From the NCBI GenBank assembly GCA_046563655.1, contig CM102287.1:1798001-1862000 (forward strand): a stretch of 64,000 nt of DNA. Reading direction: 5' to 3'. The notes under the pieces were generated by a model that did not search any database, was not told where the DNA came from, and saw nothing but the letters and a program-made list of their open reading frames with translations. Position numbers and translations under genes: made by a program. This stretch comes from Yuukianura sp. NJ FZ-2021. Taxonomy: Eukaryota. Of the stretch, positions 1 through 13,500 are shown piece by piece (positions within the stretch are counted from its first letter, which is position 1; the number at the start of each line of letters is the position of its first letter).

Positions 1-200
1 GTCCTTTATTTGATGCGAACGATGTTAGTAAAACATACAAAAGTATTTCGTAAAAATTCCAACCAATAATAGCAAATAATGTTGAATGTTCAATTTTGAT
101 TTGGAAAGCGTCATAATCGAATATTCCCTGAAATTCCATAGGCAACTGAGTGATCGTGATTGTTAGTATCAAGGTGAGAACTCCTGGTTGGAATCTGGAG
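1..200. repeat. Partial 508-bp satellite monomer (array continues left of the window)
   Basis: Same sequence as the monomers in 1538-38965. It breaks at ...GGAATCTGGAG (200) and resumes as CTGGAGTGAGGG at 1538. Confidence 0.95.
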
Positions 201-1537
201 ATGGATTCAATAGAGAATGGGAAAAAACCAAAACCAACCACAAACCTCGAAAAACTAAAACCAACCCAAAGCTAAACAGAAGTTGAAGCTCGGATTCAAT
301 TGGAATCTTGAGTTCAGCTTCTCTCGGTTTGGGTTTCCAAGCTGAAACTGAGCCGATCGTCTCAAACCTATACCTCCTTACAAAAGCAAGTTGGGGCGGG
401 AAAAATTTTGAATTGCAATTTCAAATTGACATTATGTTTACATAATCAGCTGACTTTTACAAAATCAAACTTTATAACCTTTTTACATTCCATATCATGC
501 AAATTGTGTTTACCTAATCAGCTGACTTTTACAAAATCAAACTTTATAACCTTTTTACATTCCATATCATGCAAATTGTGTTTACCTAATCAGCTGACTT
601 TTACAAAATCAAACTTTATAACCTTTTTACATTCCATATCATACGGATTTGTTCCCATCTCACTACTTTCAACTTTCAACTTTTCAGACAAGGAATAGGC
701 ACTGACCACTACGGCGCTGACCTATCCCTTGCTTCATATGATGTATTCGATTAATTGTAACCGCCTCTTATGAATTTGTTTTTATTATAGGGAATGTTAC
801 CAGTAATGAATTAGTTTCATTCCATTCCATCCCAAGTGTACCAATTAGATTTGGTTAGGGGCAATGTTTATTGGTAGAACCACCGGATGGTCAGAGCCAC
901 GAAAATGGTCAGCGCTTCCGGTGAGTCCAAATCATTTGACATACCGGGAGAACGTTTAAGACATAAAACGACTTACTGTCACTGTTAGCAGGAATCTTAG
1001 CGTAATGTTCAAATGTGATGATTAGGTTACTGCAGATCTCATTTTAATAGTATAGTTACTCCCTCCACTGCATGAAAGTAAGAAGTTTCTCTATTCCGAA
1101 CAGGGAGCTGACGTCATGACTTTAATGTCACAACCACTGCACAATTAGTGTTGTTGCGTATGGTTTTTGACTTTACCACCTTTATATTCTAGCGGACTAC
1201 TGCGCTGACCACTTATTATGGCGCTGACAGTAGTCCTAAACAGTGGTAATTAGTAATTAGTAATGGAGAAGTAATGGGTAAACCAGTTCCAAGCCTGGTC
1301 TGGACCTGGATTGCAAAAAGCTTGGTTTTGGCTAACTTTTGGCTTACTCGAAAAGTCTATTGCATAAGCCAATGCAATAGACTTCACGTTTTCCCCTCTT
1401 TCGCTCGGTTTCGGCTAGGTTTGCAGATGGTTTCGGCTAGGTTTTCGCTTCAAAATTTTGGATTGCATAGGTTTTCGCTTGCAATCCGCTTCTAAGCATA
1501 AACCAAGCCGAACTCAATTCTCTATTGAATTCGACTA
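201..1537. mobile_element. Non-autonomous TIR DNA transposon (MITE-like) inserted in the satellite; superfamily uncertain
   Basis: CTGGAG flanks both sides (195-200, 1538-1543). Perfect 14-bp inverted repeat ATTCAATAGAGAAT (205-218) / ATTCTCTATTGAAT (1517-1530). AAACC-rich left arm and GGTTT-rich right arm. No transposase ORF. Alternative reading: 3-bp TSD CTG with imperfect 21-bp TIRs (198-1537). Confidence 0.8.
436..642. repeat. 72-bp tandem repeat, about 2.9 copies, inside the MITE
   Basis: TAATCAGCTGACTTTTAC... starts at 443, 515 and 587. This explains the 24-aa repeat in ORF 408..698. Confidence 0.95.
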
Positions 1538-4500
1538 CTGGAGTGAGGGCAAGCTCGACATTTCACCGGCACTTCTCGTTTGGGCTCAAAGGTGAACCCT
1601 GACAACAAGTGGTTCACTGGGTGATTTTGTCGTTGATGTAGTACGACAAAGTGGACCGGTATTTGATGCATAACATAAAGATGGTTATCAACGGTAACAA
1701 AGGTAAATTCCATGTTTTAGTGTTTCAGGCTTTGTTGTATAGTTCACCCATTAAGTTAAACCTAAATGACTATTAGATTTATGCACTTGTTGCATAGTAG
1801 AGTAGTGCTAAAATAAAATTTCGGATTGTTTTTGGACACAAGTTATTAAGATGTCCTTTATTTGAAGTGAACGATGTTAGTAAAACATACAAAAGTATTT
1901 CTTGAAAATTCCAACCAATAATTGCAAATAATGGTGAATGTTCAATTTTGATTTGGAAAGTGTTATAATCGAATATTCCCTGAAATTCCATAGGCAACTG
2001 AGTGATCGTGATTCCTAGTATCAAAGTGAGAACTCCTGGTTGGTATCTGGAGTGAGGGCAAGCTCGACATTTCACCGGCACTTCTCGTTTGTGCTCAAAG
2101 ATGAACCCTGACAACATGTGGTTCACTGGGTGATTTTGTCGTTGATGCACTACGACAAAGTGGACCGGTATTTGATGCATAACATAAAGATGGTTATCAA
2201 CGGTAACAAAGGTAAATTCCATGTTTTAGTGTTTCAGGCTTTGTTGTATAGTTCACCCATTAGTTAAACCTAAATGGCTATTAGATTTATGCACTTGTTG
2301 CATAGTAGAGTTGTGCTAAAATAGAATTTCGGACTGTTTTTGGACACAAGTTATTTAGATGTCCTTTATTTGATGCGAACGATGTTAGTAAAACATACAA
2401 AAGTATTTCGTAAAAATTCCAACCAATAATAGCAAATAATGTTGAATGTTCAATTTTGATTTGGAAAGCGTCATAATCGAATATTCCCTGAAATTCCATA
2501 GGCAACTGAGTGATCGTGATTCCTAGTATCAAAGTGAGAACTCCTGGTTGGTATCTGGAGTGAGGGCAAGCTCGACATTTCACCGGCACTTCTCGTTTGT
2601 GCTCAAAGATGAACCCTGACAACATGTGGTTCACTGGGTGATTTTGTCGTTGATGCAGTACGACAAAGTGGACCGGTATTTGATGCATAACATAAAGATG
2701 GTTATCAACGGTAACAAAGGTAAATTCCATGTTTTAGTGTTTCAGGCTTTGTTGTATAGTTCACCACTTAGTTAAACCTAAATGACTATTAGATTTATGC
2801 ACTTGTTGCATAGTAGAGTAGTGCTAAAATAAAATTTCGGACTGTTTTTGGACACAAGTTATTAAGATGTCCTTTATTTGATGTGAACGATGTTAGTAAA
2901 ACATACAAAAGTATTTCTTGAAAATTCCAACCAATAATAGCAAATAATGTTGAATATTCAATTTTTATTTGGAAAGCGTCATAATCGAATATTCCCTGAA
3001 ATTCCATAGGCAACTGAGTGATCGTGATTGTTAGTATCAAGGTGAGAACTCCTGGTTGGAATCTGGAGTGAGGGCAAGCTCGACATTTCACCGGCACTTC
3101 TCGTTTGTGCTCAAAGATGAACCCTGACAACATGTGGTTCACTGGGTGATTTTGTCGTTGATGCAGTACGACAAAGTGGACCGGTATTTGATGCATAAGA
3201 TAAAGATGGTTATCAACGGTAACAAAGGTAAATTCCATGTTTTAGTGTTTCAGGCTTTGTTGTATAGTTCACCACTTAGTTAAACCTAAATGACTGTTAG
3301 ATTTATGCACTTGTTGCATAGTAAAGTTGTGCTAAAATAAAATTTCGGACTGTTTTTAGACACAAGTTATTAAGATGTCCTTTATTTGAAGTGAACGATG
3401 TTAGTAAAACATACAAAAGTATTTCTTGAAAATTCCAGCCAATAATTGCAAATAATGGTGAATGTTCAATTTTGATTTGGAAAGTGTTATAATCGAATAT
3501 TCCCTGAAATTCCATAGGCAACTGAGTGATCGTGATTACTAGTATCAAAGTGAGAACTCCTGGTTGGTATCTGGAGTGAGGGCAAGCTCGACATTTCACC
3601 GGCACTTCTCGTTTGTGCTCAAAGATGAACCCTGACAACATGTGGTTCACTGGGTGATTTTGTCGTTTATACACTACGACAAAGTGGACCGGTATTTGAT
3701 GCATAACATAAAGATGGTTATCAACGGTAACAAAGGTAAATTCCATGTTTTAGTGTTTCAGGCTTTGTTGTATAGTTCACCCATTAGTTAAACCTAAATG
3801 GCTATTAGATTTATGCACTTGTTGCATAGTAGAGTTGTGCTAAAATAGAATTTCGCACTGTTTTTGGACACAAGTTATTAAGATGTCCTTTATTTGATGT
3901 GAACGATGTTAGTAAAACATACAAAAGTATTTCTTGAAAATTCCAACCAATAATACCAAATAATGTTGAATGTTCAATTTTTATTTGGAAAGTGTTATAA
4001 TCGAATATTCCCTGATATTCCATAGGCAACTGAGTGATCGTGATTGTTAGTATCAAGGTGAGAACTCCTGGTTGGAATCTGGAGTGAGGGCAAGCTCGAC
4101 ATTTCACCGGCACTTCTCGTTTGTGCTCAAAGATGAACCCTGACAACATGTGGTTCACTGGGTGATTTTGTCGTTGATGCAGTACGACAAAGTGGACCGG
4201 TATTTGATGCATAAGATAAAGATGGTTATCAACGGTAACAAAGGTAAATTCCATGTTTTAGTGTTTCAGGCTTTGTTGTATAGTTCACCACTTAGTTAAA
4301 CCTAAATGACTGTTAGATTTATGCACTTGTTGCATAGTAAAGTTGTGCTAAAATAAAATTTCGGATTGTTTTTGGACACAAGTTATTAAGATGTCCTTTA
4401 TTTGAAGTGAACGATGTTAGTAAAACATACAAAAGTATTTCTTGAAAATTCCAACCAATAATTGCAAATAATGGTGAATGTTCAATTTTTATTTGGAAAG

Positions 4501-7500
4501 TGTTATAATCGAATATTCCCTGAAATTCCATAGGCAACTGAGTGATCGTGATTCCTAGTATCAAAGTGAGAACTCCTGGTTGGTATCTGGAGTGAGGGCA
4601 AGCTCGACATTTCACCGGCACTTCTCGTTTGTGCTCAAAGATGAACCCTGACAACATGTGGTTCACTGGGTGATTTTGTCGTTGATGCAGTACGACAAAG
4701 TGGACCGGTATTTGATGCATAACATAAAGATGGTTATCAACGGTAACAAAGGTAAATTCCATGTTTTAGTGTTTCAGGCTTTGTTGTATAGTTCACCCAT
4801 TAGTTAAACCTAAATGGCTATTAGATTTATGCACTTGTTGCATAGTAGAGTTGTGCTAAAATAAAATTTCGGACTGTTTTTGGACACAAGTTATTAAGAT
4901 GTCCTTTATTTGATGTGAACGATGTTAGTAAAACATACAAAAGTATTTCTTGAAAATTCCAACCAATAATAGCAAATAATGTTGAATATTCAATTTTTAT
5001 TTGGAAAGCGTCATAATCGAATATTCCCTGAAATTCCATAGGCAACTGAGTGATCGTGATTGTTAGTATCAAAGTGAGAACTCCTGGTTGGAATCTGGAG
5101 TGAGGGCAAGCTCGACATTTCACCGGCACTTCTCGTTTGTGCTCAAAGATGAACCCTGACAACATGTGGTTCACTGGGTGATTTTGTCGTTGATGCAGTA
5201 CGACAAAGTGGACCGGTATTTGATGCATAACATAAAGATGGTTATCAACGGTAACAAAGGTAAATTCCATGTTTTAGTGTTTCAGGCTTTGTTGTATAGT
5301 TCACCACTTAGTTAAACCTAAATGACTGTTAGATTTATGCACTTGTAGCATAGTAGAGTTGTGCTAAAATAAAATTTCGGATTGTTTTTGGACACAAGTT
5401 ATTAAGATGTCCTTTATTTGAAGTGAACGATGTTAGTAAAACATACAAAAGTATTTCTTGAAAATTCCAACCAATAATTGCAAATAATGGTGAATGTTCA
5501 ATTTTTATTTGGAAAGTGTTATAATCGAATATTCCCTGAAATTCCATAGGCAACTGAGTGATCGTGATTCCTAGTATCAAAGTGAGAACTCCTGGTTGGT
5601 ATCTGGAGTGAGGGCAAGCTCGACATTTCACCGGCACTTCTCGTTTGTGCTCAAAGATGAACCCTGACAACATGTGGTTCACTGGGTGATTTTGTCGTTG
5701 ATGCAGTACGACAAAGTGGACCGGTATTTGATGCATAAGATAAAGATGGTTATCAACGGTAACAAAGGTAAATTCCATGTTTTAGTGTTTCAGGCTTTGT
5801 TGTATAGTTCACCACTTAGTTAAACCTAAATGACTGTTAGATTTATGCACTTGTTGCATAGTAAAGTTGTGCTAAAATAGAATTTCGGATTGTTTTTGGA
5901 CACAAGTTATTAAGATGTCCTTTATTTGAAGTGAACGATGTTAGTAAAACATACAAAAGTATTTCTTGAAAATTCCAACCAATAATTGCAAATAATGGTG
6001 AATGTTCAATTTTGATTTGGAAAGTGTTATAATCGAATATTCCCTGAAATTCCATAGGCAACTGAGTGATCGTGATTCCTAGTATCAAAGTGAGAACTCC
6101 TGGTTGGTATCTGGAGTGAGGGCAAGCTCGACATTTCACCGTCACTTCTCGTTTGTGCTCAAAGATGAAGCCTGACAACATGTGGTTCACTGGGTGATTT
6201 TGTCGTTTATACACTACGACAAAGTGGACCGGTATTTGATGCATACAATGAAGATGGTTATCAACGGTAACAAAGGTAAGTTCCATGTTTTAGTGTTTCA
6301 GGCTTTGTTGTATAGTTCACCCATTAGTTAAACCTAAATGATTGTTAGATTTATGCACTTGTAGCATAGTAGAGATGTGCTAAAGTAAAATTTCGGATTG
6401 TTGTTGGACACAAGTTATTAAGATGTCCTTTATTTGAAGTGAACGATGTTAGTAAAACATACAAAAGTATTTCTTGAAAATTCCAACCAATAATTGCAAA
6501 TAATGGTGAATGTTCAATTTTTATTTGGAAAGTGTTATAATCGAATATTCCCTGAAATTCCATAGGCAACTGAGTGATCGTGATTCCTAGTATCAAAGTG
6601 AGAACTCCTGGTTGGTATCTGGAGTGAGGGCAAGCTCGACATTTCACCGGCACTTCTCGTTTGTGCTCAAAGATGAACCCTGACAACATGTGGTTCACTG
6701 GGTGATTTTGTCGTTGATGCAGTACGACAAAGTGGACCGGTATTTGATGCATAACATAAAGATGGTTATCAACGGTAACAAAGGTAAATTCCATGTTTTA
6801 GTGTTTCAGGCTTTGTTGTATAGTTCACCCATTAGTTAAACCTAAATGACTATTAGATTTATGCACTTGTTGCATAGTAGAGTTGTGCTAAAATAGAATT
6901 TCGGACTGTTTTTGGACACAAGTTATTTAGATGTCCTTTATTTGATGCGAACGATGTTAGTAAAACATACAAAAGTATTTCGTAAAAATTCCAACCAATA
7001 ATAGCAAATAATGTTGAATGTTCAATTTTGATTTGGAAAGCGTCATAATCGAATATTCCCTGAAATTCCATAGGCAACTGAGTGATCGTGATTCCTAGTA
7101 TCAAAGTGAGAACTCCTGGTTGGTATCTGGAGTGAGGGCAAGCTCGACATTTCACCGGCACTTCTCGTTTGTGCTCAAAGATGAACCCTGACAACATGTG
7201 GTTCACTGGGTGATTTTGTCGTTGATGCAGTACGACAAAGTGGACCGGTATTTGATGCATAACATAAAGATGGTTATCAACGGTAACAAAGGTAAATTCC
7301 ATGTTTTAGTGTTTCAGGCTTTGTTGTATAGTTCACCCATTAGTTAAACCTAAATGGCTATTAGATTTATGCACTTGTTGCATAGTAGAGTTGTGCTAAA
7401 ATAGAATTTCGGACTGTTGTTGGACACAAGTTATTAAGATGTCCTTTATTTGATGTGAACGATGTTAGTAAAACATACAAAAGTATTTCTTGAAAATTCC

Positions 7501-10500
7501 AACCAATAATAGCAAATAATGTTGAATGTTCAATTTTGATTTGGAAAGCGTCATAATCGAATATTCCCTGAAATTCCATAGACAACTGAGTGATCGTGAT
7601 TTCTAGTATCAAAGTGAGAACTCCTGGTTTGTATCTGGAGTGAAGGCAAGCTCGACATTTCACCGTCACTTCTCGTTTGTGCTCAAAGATGAAGCCTGAC
7701 AACATGTGGTTCACTGGGTGATTTTGTCGTTGATGCAGTACGACAAAGTGGACCGGTATTTGATGCATAAGATAAAGATGGTTATCAACGGTAACAAAGG
7801 TAAATTCCATGTTTTAGTGTTTCAGGCTTTGTTGTATAGTTCACCACTTAGTTAAACCTAAATAACTATTAGATTTATGCACTTGTTGCATAGTAGAGTT
7901 GTGCTAAAATAGAATTTCGCACTGTTTTTGGACACAAGTTATTAAGATGTCCTTTATTTGAAGTGAACGATGTTAGTAAAACATACAAAAGTATTTCTTG
8001 AAAATTCCAACCAATAATTGCAAATAATGGTGAATGTTCAATTTTGATTTGGAAAGTGTTATAATCGAATATTCCCTGAAATTCCATAGGCAACTGAGTG
8101 ATCGTGATTCCTAGTATCAAAGTGAGAACTCCTGGTTGGTATCTGGAGTGAGGGCAAGCTCGACATTTCACCGGCACTTCTCGTTTGTGCTCAAAGATGA
8201 ACCCTGACAACATGTGGTTCACTGGGTGATTTTGTCGTTGATGCAGTACGACAAAGTGGACCGGTATTTGATGCATAACATAAAGATGGTTATCAACGGT
8301 AACAAAGGTAAATTCCATGTTTTAGTGTTTCAGGCTTTGTTGTATAGTTCACCCATTAGTTAAACCTAAATGGCTATTAGATTTATGCACTTGTTGCATA
8401 GTAGAGTTGTGCTAAAATAAAATTTCGGATTGTTGTTGGACACAAGTTATTCAGATGTCCTTTATTTGAAGTGAACGATGTTAGTAAAACATACAAAAGT
8501 ATTTCTTGAAAATTCCAACCAATAATTGCAAATAATGGTTGAATGTTCAATTTTGATTTGGAAAGTGTTATAATCGAATATTCCCTGAAATTCCATAGGC
8601 AACTGAGTGATCGTGATTCCTAGTATCAAAGTGAGAACTCCTGGTTGGTATCTGGAGTGAGGGCAAGCTCGACATTTCACCGGCACTTCTCGTTTGTGCT
8701 CAAAGATGAACCCTGACAACATGTGGTTCACTGGGTGATTTTGTCGTTGATGCAGTACGACAAAGTGGACCGGTATTTGATGCATAACATAAAGATGGTT
8801 ATCAACGGTAACAAAGGTAAATTCCATGTTTTAGTGTTTCAGGCTTTGTTGTATAGTTCACCCATTAGTTAAACCTAAATGACTATTAGATTTATGCACT
8901 TGTTGCATAGTAGAGTTGTGCTAAAATAGAATTTCGGACTGTTTTTGGACACAAGTTATTTAGATGTCCTTTATTTGATGCGAACGATGTTAGTAAAACA
9001 TACAAAAGTATTTCGTAAAAATTCCAACCAATAATAGCAAATAATGTTGAATGTTCAATTTTGATTTGGAAAGCGTCATAATCGAATATTCCCTGAAATT
9101 CCATAGGCAACTGAGTGATCGTGATTCCTAGTATCAAAGTGAGAACTCCTGGTTGGTATCTGGAGTGAGGGCAAGCTCGACATTTCACCGGCACTTCTCG
9201 TTTGTGCTCAAAGATGAACCCTGACAACATGTGGTTCACTGGGTGATTTTGTCGTTGATGCAGTACGACAAAGTGGACCGGTATTTGATGCATAACATAA
9301 AGATGGTTATCAACGGTAACAAAGGTAAATTCCATGTTTTAGTGTTTCAGGCTTTGTTGTATAGTTCACCCATTAGTTAAACCTAAATGGCTATTAGATT
9401 TATGCACTTGTTGCATAGTAGAGTTGTGCTAAAATAGAATTTCGGACTGTTTTTGGACACAAGTTATTTAGATGTCCTTTATTTGATGCGAACGATGTTA
9501 GTAAAACATACAAAAGTATTTCGTAAAAATTCCAACCAATAATAGCAAATAATGTTGAATGTTCAATTTTGATTTGGAAAGCGTCATAATCGAATATTCC
9601 CTGAAATTCCATAGGCAACTGAGTGATCGTGAGTGTTAGTATCAAAGTGAGAACTCCTAGTTGGAATCTGGAGTGAGGGCAAGCTCGACATTTCACCGGC
9701 ACTTCTCGTTTGGGCTCAACGATGAACCCTGACAACATGTGGTTCACTGGGTGATTTTGTCGTTGATGTAGTACGACAAAGTGGACCGGTATTTGATGCA
9801 TAACATAAAGATGGTTATCAACGGTAACAAAGGTAAATTCCATGTTTTAGTGTTTCAGGCTTTGTTGTATAGTTCACCCATTAGTTAAACCTAAATGACT
9901 ATTAGATTTATGCACTTGTTGCATAGTAGAGTAGTGCTAAAATAAAATTTCGGACTGTTTTTGGACACAAGTTATTAAGATGTCCTTTATTTGAAGTGAA
10001 CGATGTTAGTAAAACATACAAAAGTATTTCTTGAAAAATTCCAACCAATAATTGCAAATAATGTTGAATGTTCAATTTTGATTTGGAAAGTGTTATAATC
10101 GAATATTCCCTGAAATTCCATAGGCAACTGAGTGATCGTGATTCCTAGTATCAAAGTGAGAACTCCTGGTTGGTATCTGGAGTGAGGGCAAGCTCGACAT
10201 TTCACCGGCACTTCTCGTTTGTGCTCAAAGATGAACCCTGACAACATGTGGTTCACTGGGTGATTTTGTCGTTGATGCAGTACGACAAAGTGGACCGGTA
10301 TTTGATGCATAACATAAAGATGGTTATCAACGGTAACAAAGGTAAATTCCATGTTTTAGTGTTTCAGGCTTTGTTGTATAGTTCACCCATTAGTTAAACC
10401 TAAATGACTATTAGATTTATGCACTTGTTGCATAGTAGAGTTGTGCTAAAATAGAATTTCGGACTGTTTTTGGACACAAGTTATTTAGATGTCCTTTATT

Positions 10501-13500
10501 TGATGCGAACGATGTTAGTAAAACATACAAAAGTATTTCGTAAAAATTCCAACCAATAATAGCAAATAATGTTGAATGTTCAATTTTGATTTGGAAAGCG
10601 TCATAATCGAATATTCCCTGAAATTCCATAGGCAACTGAGTGATCGTGATTGTTAGTATCAAGGTGAGAACTCCTGGTTGGAATCTGGAGTGAGGGCAAG
10701 CTCGACATTTCACCGGCACTTCTCGTTTGGGCTCAAAGGTGAACCCTGACAACAAGTGGTTCACTGGGTGATTTTGTCGTTGATGTAGTACGACAAAGTG
10801 GACCGGTATTTGATGCATAACATAAAGATGGTTATCAACGGTAACAAAGGTAAATTCCATGTTTTAGTGTTTCAGGCTTTGTTGTATAGTTCACCCATTA
10901 GTTAAACCTAAATGACTATTAGATTTATGCACTTGTTGCATAGTAGAGTTGTGCTAAAATAGAATTTCGGACTGTTTTTGGACACAAGTTATTTAGATGT
11001 CCTTTATTTGATGCGAACGATGTTAGTAAAACATACAAAAGTATTTCGTAAAAATTCCAACCAATAATAGCAAATAATGTTGAATGTTCAATTTTGATTT
11101 GGAAAGCGTCATAATCGAATATTCCCTGAAATTCCATAGGCAACTGAGTGATCGTGATTGTTAGTATCAAGGTGAGAACTCCTGGTTGGAATCTGGAGTG
11201 AGGGCAAGCTCGACATTTCACCGGCACTTCTCGTTTGTGCTCAAAGATGAACCCTGACAACAAGTGGTTCACTGGGTGATTTTGTCGTTGATGTAGTACG
11301 ACAAAGTGGACCGGTATTTGATGCATAACATAAAGATGGTTATCAACGGTAACAAAGGTAAATTCCATGTTTTAGTGTTTCAGGCTTTGTTGTATAGTTC
11401 ACCCATTAGTTAAACCTAAATGACTATTAGATTTATGCACTTGTTGCATAGTAGAGTTGTGCTAAAATAGAATTTCGGACTGTTTTTGGACACAAGTTAT
11501 TAAGATGTCCTTTATTTGAAGTGAACGATGTTAGTAAAACATACAAAAGTATTTCTTGAAAATTCCAACCAATAATTGCAAATAATGGTGAATGTTCAAT
11601 TTTGATTTGGAAAGTGTTATAATCGAATATTCCCTGAAATTCCATAGGCAACTGAGTGATCGTGATTCCTAGTATCATAGTGAGAACTCCTGCTTGGTAT
11701 CTGGAGTGAGGGCAAGCTCGACATTTTACCGGCACTTCTCGTTTGTCCTCAAAGATGAACCCTGACAACATGTGGTTCACTGGGTGATTTTGTCGTTGAT
11801 GCAGTACGACAAAGTGGACCGGTATTTGATGCATAACATAAAGATGGTTATCAACGGTAACAAAGGTAAATTCCATGTTTTAGTGTTTCAGGCTTTGTTG
11901 TATAGTTCACCCATTAGTTAAACCTAAATGACTATTAGATTTATGCACTTGTTGCATAGTAGAGTTGTGCTAAAATAGAATTTCGGACTGTTTTTGGACA
12001 CAAGTTATTTAGATGTCCTTTATTTGATGCGAACGATGTTAGTAAAACATACAAAAGTATTTCGTAAAAATTCCAACCAATAATAGCAAATAATGTTGAA
12101 TGTTCAATTTTGATTTGGAAAGCGTCATAATCGAATATTCCCTGAAATTCCATAGGCAACTGAGTGATCGTGATTCCTAGTATCAAAGTGAGAACTCCTG
12201 GTTGGTATCTGGAGTGAGGGCAAGCTCGACATTTCACCGGCACTTCTCGTTTGTGCTCAAAGATGAAGCCTGACAACATGTGGTTCACTGGGTGATTTTG
12301 TCGTTGATACACTACGACAAAGTGGACCGGTATTTGATGCATACCATGAAGATGGTTATCAACGGTAACAAAGGTAAATTCCATGTTTTAGTGTTTCAGG
12401 CTTTGTTGTATAGTTCACCCATTAGTTAAACCTAAATGGCTATTAGATTTATGCACTTGTTGCATAGTAGAGTTGTGCTAAAATAGAATTTCGGACTGTT
12501 TTTGGACACAAGTTATTTAGATGTCCTTTATTTGATGCGAACGATGTTAGTAAAACATACAAAAGTATTTCTTGAAAATTCCAACCAATAATTGCAAGTA
12601 ATGGTGAATGTTCAATTTTGATTTGGAAAGTGTTATAATCGAATATTCCCTGAAATTCCATAGGCAACTGAGTGATCGTGATTCCTAGTATCAAAGTGAG
12701 AACTCCTGGTTGGTATCTGGAGTGAGGGCAAGCTCGACATTTCACCGGCACTTCTCGTTTGTGCTCAAAGATGAACCCTGACAACATGTGGTTCACTGGG
12801 TGATTTTGTCGTTGATGCAGTACGACAAAGTGGACCGGTATTTGATGCATAACATAAAGATGGTTATCAACGGTAACAAAGGTAAATTCCATGTTTTAGT
12901 GTTTCAGGCTTTGTTGTATAGTTCACCCATTAGTTAAACCTAAATGACTATTAGATTTATGCACTTGTTGCATAGTAGAGTTGTGCTAAAATAGAATTTC
13001 GGACTGTTTTTGGACACAAGTTATTTAGATGTCCTTTATTTGATGCGAACGATGTTAGTAAAACATACAAAAGTATTTCGTAAAAATTCCAACCAATAAT
13101 AGCAAATAATGTTGAATGTTCAATTTTGATTTGGAAAGCGTCATAATCGAATATTCCCTGAAATTCCATAGGCAACTGAGTGATCGTGATTCCTAGTATC
13201 AAAGTGAGAACTCCTGGTTGGTATCTGGAGTGAGGGCAAGCTCGACATTTCACCGGCACTTCTCGTTTGTGCTCAAAGATGAACCCTGACAACATGTGGT
13301 TCACTGGGTGATTTTGTCGTTGATGCAGTACGACAAAGTGGACCGGTATTTGATGCATAACATAAAGATGGTTATCAACGGTAACAAAGGTAAATTCCAT
13401 GTTTTAGTGTTTCAGGCTTTGTTGTATAGTTCACCCATTAGTTAAACCTAAATGGCTATTAGATTTATGCACTTGTTGCATAGTAGAGTTGTGCTAAAAT

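Noticed and set aside
408..698. 96-aa ORF with internal repeats
   Set aside because: It is a by-product of the 72-bp tandem repeat inside a non-coding MITE.
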